DNA of 64,000 nt from Minisyncoccota bacterium (lineage in GTDB: Bacteria; Patescibacteriota; Minisyncoccia; Phycocordibacterales; JAACPR01), in the NCBI GenBank assembly GCA_041674225.1, contig JBAYWG010000001.1, positions 326,273 to 390,272 on the forward strand, written 5' to 3'. Below the pieces are notes generated by a model. It worked only from the letters and a program-made list of their open reading frames with translations, did no database searches and was not told the origin of the DNA. The translations under genes were made by a program, and so were the position numbers. Of this stretch, positions 57,120 to 64,000 are shown piece by piece. Each line of letters begins with the position of its first letter. Position 1 is the stretch's first letter.

Positions 57120-58640
57120 TTATTCAACCCTTCGATACTGAAAGGCTTCTAATATATGAGAGTCTTTAATTTCTGGCGAAGTTTCTAGGTCTGCAATCGT
57201 TCGAGAAAGTTTTAAGATTTTGTGAATTACTCGTGCGGAGAGGTTTAATTTTTCTGAAAGTTGTTTTAATAATTTTTTATTTGATTCGTCCAGTTTTATA
57301 TACTCATTTATTTTCGATGCAGGAATTTTTGAGTTTAAAAAACCTTGTCTTTTAATTTGCAATTCTCTAGCGCGCTCTATTTTTTCTCTATAAATTTGAG
57401 ATTCAGTTTTGGGGTTTGTTTGCGGTGATATTTTTTGATCAATCAAATCAGCTGCAACAATTTGATCAACACAAATACACATATCAATTCGATCTAAAAT
57501 TGGCCCAGAGATTTTTTGTTTGTATTTTAAGATTGATTGATTACTGCAATCACATTGCTTAATATTGGTTTGATAATAACCGCACGGACATGGATTCATT
57601 GTTGTGATTAAAATAAAACTCGCAGGGTATGTCACAGAACCATTTTTTCTAGCCAGAGAAATCTTTCCGTCTTCAAGCGGACCTCTCAATGATTCAATCG
57701 CTCTCCTGTCGAATTCAGGAAATTCATCTAGAAATAAAACCCCACAATGTGCGAGTGTGATTTCTCCAATATTTAAATTTCCTCCACCTCCACAAATCGC
57801 TGTGTATGAAGCACTGTGATGTGGTGCTCGAAAAGGTCTTTGTGCAAAATTTTCAGGAGACAATAATCCTGCGCTCGAATAAATTGTTGTGATCTCCAAT
57901 AGTTCTTTTTCATTTGGTATTGGCAAAATATCTTTGAACGCTTTTGAAAGCATTGTTTTCCCTGTTCCGGGTGGACCCAAAAAAGAAATGTTGTGTTCTC
58001 CTGCTCCCGCTATCTCCAATCCTCGTTTTGCTATTTGTTGCCCTTTTATATTTTCAAAATCAATTTCGATTACCCTTTCTTTGTTTTTTAAAAAAGTTTT
58101 TCTTTGTGATTCAATAGATTCACTCTTTTGCAGATGATTAATTACTTGCAACAAATTTTTGGCAGGATAAATTTTTATTCCATCTATCAATCCAGCCTCC
58201 ACCCCATTTTCAAAAGGAATAAATATTTCTTTAAAACCTTTTTCTTTTGCAAATTTTGCAATTGGCAATGCCCCTTGAATTTTTCGAAGTCCTCCATCCA
58301 ACGCTAGTTCCCCTACAAAAACTGATTGACCAGTCTCAAATTCAAATTTCTCTGACGCTTTTAAATACCCCACGGCTATAGCTAAATCAAAAAGCGGTCC
58401 GTGTTTTTTAATATGCGCAGGAGCGAGCGATACCAGAATCCTTTCGTTCTTTTGTTTCGGAGATTTAAATCCAGAATTCTTTATTGCAGATGTCACTCTG
58501 TCTCGCGCTTCAGAAATAGCTTTATCCCCCAGCCCAACAATATTTAAAGAATAAATCCCATTAGAAATATCAACCTCTACATCCACCTTCTCGGTATTTA
58601 AATTCGAAACATGCGCGCTATACACTTTTGAAAATGACAT
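57120..58640 (-). CDS. comM: ComM/YifB Mg-chelatase-like AAA+ helicase
   Basis: DLAIA, GELALDG, GPPGTGKTM, RPFRAPHHS, LFLDEFPEF, MNPCPCG, SGPILDRID, SRTIADL. Confidence 0.95.
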   Translation of the reverse strand: MSFSKVYSAHVSNLNTEKVDVEVDISNGIYSLNIVGLGDKAISEARDRVTSAIKNSGFKSPKQKNERILVSLAPAHIKKHGPLFDLAIAVGYLKASEKFEFETGQSVFVGELALDGGLRKIQGALPIAKFAKEKGFKEIFIPFENGVEAGLIDGIKIYPAKNLLQVINHLQKSESIESQRKTFLKNKERVIEIDFENIKGQQIAKRGLEIAGAGEHNISFLGPPGTGKTMLSKAFKDILPIPNEKELLEITTIYSSAGLLSPENFAQRPFRAPHHSASYTAICGGGGNLNIGEITLAHCGVLFLDEFPEFDRRAIESLRGPLEDGKISLARKNGSVTYPASFILITTMNPCPCGYYQTNIKQCDCSNQSILKYKQKISGPILDRIDMCICVDQIVAADLIDQKISPQTNPKTESQIYREKIERARELQIKRQGFLNSKIPASKINEYIKLDESNKKLLKQLSEKLNLSARVIHKILKLSRTIADLETSPEIKDSHILEAFQYRRVE

Positions 58641-58697
58641 TAAAGAACCATAACAAAACTAGCATTAAGATTTTCTAAATAAAGAATAAATATTAGT

Positions 58698-58829
58698 ACA
58701 AAAATAAAATACTCACACCAGACACTGCGGAGGCCGTTAAGGGCCGAGCCTGTAGCGTCGAGAGATTTTTGAATGCGAAGCATTTAAAAATTCTCGAACG
58801 CGCGTCTGGTGTGAGTATTTTATTTTTGT
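58698..58829. repeat. 132-bp element with perfect 26-bp terminal inverted repeats and internal hairpins
   Basis: ACAAAAATAAAATACTCACACCAGAC (58698-58723) and its reverse complement (58804-58829); internal GC-GAA-GC capped stem. Confidence 0.85.
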
Positions 58830-58833
58830 GCTT

Positions 58834-59217
58834 TTACTTAGTCTTCTTTGCTACTTTCTTTGCAACAGGTTTAACCGCTGCTACTGTATGCTTCTTAATA
58901 TTCTTCCAATGCCCCTTCATATCCTTCAAAAGATCTTGAACTTCTTCTTCTGTAACAGTTTTAACTTTGCTGTACTTAGCTACCACACCATCTACTATTT
59001 TGTGGTAATTTTCTTCAGTAAGTTCACCTTTTACTTGTTCAATTTTTTCGATAACCTCTCCTTTTGCTTTCAAAGCCCATCCTTTGATAGCTTTTCGATT
59101 CTTTTTCGCGTCTTTAGATCCGTATAAAAAGTAAACCCCAGCTGCAGCTGCAGCAGCTAGTGCTAATCCAATCCCTGCTTGTACCCCACTATTATTGTCT
59201 TTCTTTTTTGTCGCCAT
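58834..59217 (-). CDS. YtxH-like membrane-anchored basic protein
   Basis: Ala-rich TM helix ending GVYFLYG, followed by a Lys-rich helical domain. Confidence 0.6.
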   Translation of the reverse strand: MATKKKDNNSGVQAGIGLALAAAAAAGVYFLYGSKDAKKNRKAIKGWALKAKGEVIEKIEQVKGELTEENYHKIVDGVVAKYSKVKTVTEEEVQDLLKDMKGHWKNIKKHTVAAVKPVAKKVAKKTK

Positions 59218-59239
59218 AAATTTATTTAAATATTAATTA

Positions 59240-59521
59240 TTATTTTTTCTTCGATTTTTTGCCAGAAAAAATGTTCTTAACTAAACCAATTGCCAAGGAA
59301 ACACCTCTTAAAGCGTTTCCATCAGCCTTCATTTTTGCTCGTAGAGCTTGAATGTCTTCTATTGCGTTCTCACTCTCTTCTTTTACTGTGTTCACTATCT
59401 TCTTTACTTTTCTCAATATTGAAAAAACATAGAAGAAAAGAACAGCAAAAATGACGGTCAAACATATTACAGAAATCGAAGTGATTATGAAAAAAAAATC
59501 TGATTTCGCTATATCCGTCAT
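59240..59521 (-). CDS. DUF948-like single-TM coiled-coil protein
   Basis: TM helix plus coiled coil; adjacent to the YtxH-like gene. Confidence 0.55.
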   Translation of the reverse strand: MTDIAKSDFFFIITSISVICLTVIFAVLFFYVFSILRKVKKIVNTVKEESENAIEDIQALRAKMKADGNALRGVSLAIGLVKNIFSGKKSKKK

Positions 59522-59556
59522 ATGTTTATTGTAACACGAACCAATAATCTAAAAAA

Positions 59557-59910
59557 TTATTCATTCATGTGTTCTTTGCAAGTTCGTGCTGATGGGTTTG
59601 CCTCTAGCCTTTCTTCTTCAATTTCTTCTCCGCTCACTTCACATACACCATATGTTCCATTCTCAATTCGTTCCAAAGCATCTTTCACGTCGTTATATTG
59701 AGTTTCTAGTTGTTTTAAAATGGCAGTATTTGTTTCAAAATTATCAATACTGTCTGAGAATTCGTTCAAATCAGCAGAATCTTCTGTAAAACTAGGAGTA
59801 GCTTCCCAATCATCAGGGTTTTCTGGGTTTTTTCTTCCAACAGTTGCTAGCTCAGCTTCAAGCCGAGTCTTTTCTGCTAAAAGTAATTCTTTAAATTTAT
59901 TTTCGTTCAT
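59557..59910 (-). CDS. TraR/DksA-family protein
   Basis: Coiled coil, then ALERIENGTYGVCEVSGEEIEEERLEANPSARTCKEH. Confidence 0.9.
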   Translation of the reverse strand: MNENKFKELLLAEKTRLEAELATVGRKNPENPDDWEATPSFTEDSADLNEFSDSIDNFETNTAILKQLETQYNDVKDALERIENGTYGVCEVSGEEIEEERLEANPSARTCKEHMNE

Positions 59911-59929
59911 ATACCTATTATAACAAATA

Positions 59930-60967
59930 TTAAATAATAAGTTTAGCTGAGCGAACTCTTCTCATAACTTCCCCAAAAGTTTCTTCTTTTGTTCCGAAGA
60001 AAATGTATTCATTGTCGATAAATGCATAAAAGAATACTACTTGCCCCATTTCATCAAAAAGTGCTCGTGTGTCGGTGTTTCGAATCACTCTGTCGTGCCA
60101 CACTCTTGTATTGTCTATAGTTTTTTGAACAATTTCGGTTGTTGTTGATGATGCAGGAGTTGTCGATGTCGAAGTAGTTGCTAATACTGCCGATTCTACA
60201 GTAACCTCTTCGGTTGTTGTAATTCTCGCTCTTGCGATTTCATTTGGAAAAATATTTTCCATATCTTTTGCAAGCGCACTTTCCCATGTAAGCATTGAAG
60301 AAAATGCGTTTTCAAAGTTGTTGATTCTAAACAAAACAAATACTTCATTTTTTGCAGCTTTGTGAACTCCTATCATAAATTCCTGGTCTAATGTTCTTCG
60401 TAGTGGTTCTGGAGTTCTAGCAGCTAATAAAGCAAGCAAGTCATTGGTGTCATACGATATTTTTTTTGTAAAATCAAAAGTAGAAGTTGGATCTGCTTTG
60501 ACTTCTTTTGATATTACCAGCTGTGTAATTGAGTTTGTCTCTACCGGCTCTGTCGAAGCTTGCTGAATTTTTGCAATGGTATTTCGTGAAAGTTGAGCCG
60601 ATGTAATCTCAATCATTTTCTCTGTAAGAAAATATTTGCTTTGCATAAAGAACGAGTTTTCTTGAGGGACTCTTTTATTTGAATTGATAATTGATAGAAC
60701 AATAAAAGCAATTGCTGCAATAATTAAAATGCCCGCAATAAGAAGTAATATTTTATTTCTAGGATTTGAAAAAGATTTTGCCGCACTCTCCTCTTTGAAA
60801 GTATCTCTTTTCTTTTGTTCAGCCATCAACATTCCAGCCGAAGACATTTCTTGTGAGTGCAGCGCTTCTTTAATAGCATCTTGGTAGGTGCTAATTCTAT
60901 TTAAAGGAGTTCCCCCTGGAGAATTTTTTTCGAGATTTTCTTTTTTTAATTCTTCGCCATCGCTCAT
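59930..60967 (-). CDS. Conserved single-TM hypothetical protein
   Basis: RISTYQDAIKEAL N-terminal motif, TM helix, S/T-rich linker, WHDRVIRNTDTRAL. Confidence 0.65.
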   Translation of the reverse strand: MSDGEELKKENLEKNSPGGTPLNRISTYQDAIKEALHSQEMSSAGMLMAEQKKRDTFKEESAAKSFSNPRNKILLLIAGILIIAAIAFIVLSIINSNKRVPQENSFFMQSKYFLTEKMIEITSAQLSRNTIAKIQQASTEPVETNSITQLVISKEVKADPTSTFDFTKKISYDTNDLLALLAARTPEPLRRTLDQEFMIGVHKAAKNEVFVLFRINNFENAFSSMLTWESALAKDMENIFPNEIARARITTTEEVTVESAVLATTSTSTTPASSTTTEIVQKTIDNTRVWHDRVIRNTDTRALFDEMGQVVFFYAFIDNEYIFFGTKEETFGEVMRRVRSAKLII

Positions 60968-60981
60968 TGGTTTATATTGTA

Positions 60982-61521
60982 TCAAAACTTTTTACCCTTT
61001 ATTATTTTTAACTTTTTTCCCATTAGATATTTTTTTGCATCTACATCTAGGTCAATAAAGTCATCTGCACAGTCGATAAGTTTGCTTGATGTTGATTTTC
61101 CAAAAGCTACCACCTCTACTTGGCATCCTGAATTTGTTTTTAAATATTCAACAAGTGGTACAAAATCTCCGTCGCCAGAAATAATAATTATTGTATCTAG
61201 CTTTGAAGACATTTTAATAGCATCAACTGCTAGTCCTACGTCCCAATCAGCCTTTTTTGCCCCACCCATAAAAATTTGAAGATCTTTTGTTTTGGTTTCG
61301 ATTCCAGATTTTGTTAATGCATCAAAAAAACTTTGTTCGTCTCCTGACTCTGATGTAATAACGTACGCAAGAGCTCGGATTAATTGTCTCCCAGCTAAAA
61401 TATCTTGAACAACCTTTCCAAAGTTTACTTTGCTTTTGTATAAATTTTTTGCACTGTGGTAAATGTTTTGTGTGTCTATAAAAATACCAACTCTTTGGTC
61501 TTTGTGTTTTACGATTGTCAT
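60982..61521 (-). CDS. NYN-domain (LabA/DUF88) protein
   Basis: IFIDTQNIY, KADWDVGLAVD, ISGDGDFVPL, ADDFIDL. Confidence 0.93.
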   Translation of the reverse strand: MTIVKHKDQRVGIFIDTQNIYHSAKNLYKSKVNFGKVVQDILAGRQLIRALAYVITSESGDEQSFFDALTKSGIETKTKDLQIFMGGAKKADWDVGLAVDAIKMSSKLDTIIIISGDGDFVPLVEYLKTNSGCQVEVVAFGKSTSSKLIDCADDFIDLDVDAKKYLMGKKLKIIKGKKF

Positions 61522-61612
61522 ATTAAAAAATTATGTGCTTTCTTTATATAAATTAAATTATAAGAATGAATAAGCACTACTTATAAAAACATATTTAATG
61601 TTAACAGATTTA

Positions 61613-61649
61613 AAAACAAAACACCGCACTTTGTGCGGTGTTTTGTTTT
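61613..61649 (-). terminator. Terminator downstream of rpsO
   Basis: AAAACAAAACACCGCAC/GTGCGGTGTTTTGTTTT. Confidence 0.8.
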
Positions 61650-61924
61650 TATGCGATTCGACTCTTTAGTCCAAGTTTCTTAACCAATTTCTTGTATCGG
61701 TCTGGAGATTTCTTTGATAAATAAGTTAAATGCTTTTGACGATCAGCAACCATTCCCAAAAGACCCTTTCGTGAGTGGTTATCTTTATCATTTTTCTTTA
61801 AATGCTTTGCAAGCTCGTCAATTTTCTTTGTTAAAATTGAAGCTTGTGCCTCAGGAGAACCAGTATCATTTGCATGAACTTGTGTTTCCTTTATAGCCGC
61901 CTCTTTCTTTCGTTTTGTTAACAT
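61649..61924 (-). CDS. rpsO: 30S ribosomal protein S15
   Basis: HANDTGSPEAQASILT...HLKKNDKDNHSRKGLL. Confidence 0.97.
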   Translation of the reverse strand: MLTKRKKEAAIKETQVHANDTGSPEAQASILTKKIDELAKHLKKNDKDNHSRKGLLGMVADRQKHLTYLSKKSPDRYKKLVKKLGLKSRIA

Positions 61925-62003
61925 ATGGTAGATAGTAACACGATTGAGTGTAAAATGCAAGTCTTTAAAGCTCTTTTAAATATGGATCAATTCAATACTT
62001 TGA

Positions 62004-62031
62004 TTGACATATTGGATATATATGTTATAAT
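62004..62031 (+). promoter_or_regulatory. Near-consensus sigma70 promoter
   Basis: TTGACA-16 nt-TATAAT with TG extended -10. Confidence 0.75.
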
Positions 62032-62056
62032 TATAAAAGAATAAATAAACAAAGAA

Positions 62057-62137
62057 ATGACACTTTTCATTATCATTCCAGTCGGAGTTTTGGTCTATAC
62101 ATTGATTGTTCTAGGTATGACAATTATGTCTGCTTAG
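62057..62137 (+). CDS. 26-aa hydrophobic microprotein (putative)
   Basis: MTLFIIIPVGVLVYTLIVLGMTIMSA, 25 nt after the -10 box. Confidence 0.5.
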   Translation: MTLFIIIPVGVLVYTLIVLGMTIMSA

Positions 62138-62247
62138 GCAGCGGCCTCCTTGAAGGGCTAAATAAAACTTAAATAATCACTGTTCAGGGCAGTGATTTTT
62201 TCTTTTTTAGAAATAATCGAGGTATAATTATTTTGCGACACTATATT

Positions 62248-63192
62248 ATGGCCAACTCCCCTATTTTGAATATAAAACAAGAATTTCTGGAATATGTGGA
62301 AATTGAAAGAGGACGAAGTATTAAAACCGTTGAAAATTATGATCGTTATCTGAGTCGTTTTTTTGAACATGCTCAGATTAAAAATCCTAAAGATATAACA
62401 GAAACAAATATTCGCGAGTTTCGCTTGTGGCTCAATCGTCAACCTGGAGCTAAAAATAAAGACAAAAACACAATGAAGCGCCGAACGCAGAACTATTATC
62501 TGATTGCGCTCCGATCTTTTTTAAAGTTTTTGGCCAAAAGAGGTATTTCTGCACTTGCTCCGGAGAAAATTGAGTTAGCAAAAACAGAAGCTCGAGAGTT
62601 GGATTTGATGTCGAGTGAAGAACTCACACGATTATTGAATTCACCAGATACTACTCAGGTTAAAGGTTTGCGTGACAAGGCGATGTTGGAACTTTTTTTC
62701 TCAACAGGACTTCGGGTTTCAGAGTTGGTTTCCCTTCCGCGAGAATTGGATTTAACAAAGGATGAATTTTCTATTCGTGGAAAAGGAGACAAAGTGCGAG
62801 TTGTTTTTATTTCAGATGAAGCTCGAAAAGCTGTGAAAGCGTATTTGGATAAAAGAGACGACATGGACGATGCTCTTTTTGTGCAAGTTCCAAACAAAAG
62901 TGGAAAAAATGTTTTGGCGAAAAAGGCTTCGATGCGTTTATCTGCGAGATCGATAGAAAGAATTGTGCAAGGATACGCTGTGAAGTCTGGAATTTCTCGG
63001 AAAGTTACCCCGCACGTGATTCGACACAGCTTCGCTACCGACTTACTTTCAAATGGAGCTGATTTGCGTTCTGTACAGGCGTTGCTTGGTCATGCAAATA
63101 TCACAACTACTCAGGTATACACTCATGTCACCGACAAACATCTCCGTGATATTCACAAAAACTTTCACGGAAAAAATAGAGGCAAAAAATAA
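62248..63192 (+). CDS. XerC/XerD-like tyrosine recombinase
   Basis: RDKAMLELFFSTGLRVSEL, GKGDKVR, TPHVIRHSFATDLL, LLGHANITTTQVYTH. Confidence 0.95.
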   Translation: MANSPILNIKQEFLEYVEIERGRSIKTVENYDRYLSRFFEHAQIKNPKDITETNIREFRLWLNRQPGAKNKDKNTMKRRTQNYYLIALRSFLKFLAKRGISALAPEKIELAKTEARELDLMSSEELTRLLNSPDTTQVKGLRDKAMLELFFSTGLRVSELVSLPRELDLTKDEFSIRGKGDKVRVVFISDEARKAVKAYLDKRDDMDDALFVQVPNKSGKNVLAKKASMRLSARSIERIVQGYAVKSGISRKVTPHVIRHSFATDLLSNGADLRSVQALLGHANITTTQVYTHVTDKHLRDIHKNFHGKNRGKK

Positions 63193-63199
63193 ATAATAA

Positions 63200-63227
63200 A
63201 GGCTCGGGGGCTTATTCCCCCGAGCCT
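63200..63227. terminator. Hairpin between convergent genes
   Basis: AGGCTCGGGGG-CTTATT-CCCCCGAGCCT. Confidence 0.7.
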
Positions 63228-63260
63228 GCTTCGTGTCTGTTTGTGTGTTTTTTGCCGCGG

Positions 63261-63686
63261 TTAAGCGGCTGCTGTACCTATGTAGATAATGTCTTTCCCC
63301 CTCTTTAAGGGTTGCATTTTTCTTCGCGGGTTCGGCATCGCAATGTGTTTCACCTTCTGCGGCATCTCGGCATGCTCTTTCCAACGGTTAGGGAGAGCAT
63401 CCTTGTTTTTCCGAGGAGTGTAACCCTCTTTCTTCATGGCATCTCGCACATTGTCGATATGGATTGTTTCCAAGTAGTAGTAACCCTCTTTGTAGTGGAT
63501 TTTGCCACAGAATCTTCCCTTACCGACCCTGCACACAGAGTCAACATGTCTTCCCGCTATTTTCTCGGTCTGAAGGTCGTGTATTGCCTTACTTACTTGC
63601 TCGGGCAGCATTCTTTCCCAGCTTGTAGGTATGGTTACTTTTCCTTCCGACATTTCTTCGAGCTTTTTTCTTAGTGATGAGGCCAT
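63261..63686 (-). CDS. Hypothetical basic orphan protein
   Basis: 141-aa ORF, visibly GC-richer than its neighbours, convergent with the Xer gene. Confidence 0.6.
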   Translation of the reverse strand: MASSLRKKLEEMSEGKVTIPTSWERMLPEQVSKAIHDLQTEKIAGRHVDSVCRVGKGRFCGKIHYKEGYYYLETIHIDNVRDAMKKEGYTPRKNKDALPNRWKEHAEMPQKVKHIAMPNPRRKMQPLKRGKDIIYIGTAAA

Positions 63687-63835
63687 TTAACACACTTTCT
63701 TCAATTTTTGTTTATCAATTAAATGAAAAACTCATCCTCCTTTTATGAATGAACTTTTCAGCTCTTATTTTAACCATTTTTTCAGGGTTGACGCAAGAGG
63801 TGGATATTCTTTTGTGTTATAGTTTATTTTGCAAT

Positions 63836-64000
63836 ATGAAAATAATTTCTTGGAATGTAAACGGAATTCGCGCTTGGTATAAAAAAGACTCCGAACAAAA
63901 GACTTTTTCTTGGTTTTTAAAACAAAATCCAGACTTCTTTTGCATTCAAGAAACGAAGGCCCATCCAGAACAACTCCCAGAATCTCTTACTGAAATCGAA
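63836..64000 (+). CDS. xth: Exodeoxyribonuclease III (5' part)
   Basis: MKIISWNVNGIRA...NPDFFCIQETKA; runs off the right edge. Confidence 0.93.
   Translation, partial: MKIISWNVNGIRAWYKKDSEQKTFSWFLKQNPDFFCIQETKAHPEQLPESLTEIE

Noticed and set aside
58720-58805. SRP (4.5S) RNA as the identity of the comM-proximal palindrome
   Set aside because: It lacks the conserved CAGG-GNRA-AGCAG domain IV arrangement on either strand.
62248-63192. Integron integrase or prophage integrase
   Set aside because: The sequence is XerC/D-like, lacks the IntI-specific insertion, and has no attC array or phage genes nearby.
1-64000. Alternative genetic code (UGA=Gly, as in Gracilibacteria/Absconditabacteria)
   Set aside because: Conserved genes translate full-length under code 11, and TGA terminates genes such as prgI.

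Overview
AT-rich chromosomal window from a small-genome bacterium, most consistent with Patescibacteria/CPR (Parcubacteria-like). It uses standard genetic code 11, has few Shine-Dalgarno sites and carries trimmed housekeeping proteins. The window spans the replication origin: dciA-like-dnaN-oriC-dnaA on the minus strand and rpmH-rnpA-yidC on the plus strand, with a clear DnaA-box/DnaA-trio unwinding module. Replication and repair genes include polA, holA, ruvA/B/C, ruvX, mutM, pcrA, xth and a Xer recombinase. Translation genes include rpsT, rpsO, tyrS, rsmA and tsaE. Cell-wall genes include murE, PBP1A, an amidase, a LysM-M23 peptidase and asd. Competence/pilus genes are a PilB-like ATPase and comM. 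Three tRNAs are present: Ser-TGA, Arg-GCG and Lys-TTT. A ~13 kb monoderm-type T4SS-like cluster (PrgI, VirB4, VirB6-like, pilin and repeat-rich surface proteins) abuts yidC, with no relaxase, coupling protein or integrase visible. Signals the ORF track does not explain are a 6S-like RNA before ruvB, a 132-bp nested palindrome before comM, a CCA-ending cloverleaf-like leader before tRNA-Ser, an att-like mini-insert at tRNA-Lys, a candidate sRNA before asd, a 26-aa membrane peptide behind a near-consensus promoter, a 57%-acidic microprotein and many self-contained single-gene orphans. All calls come from visual motif recognition; no database searches were run.
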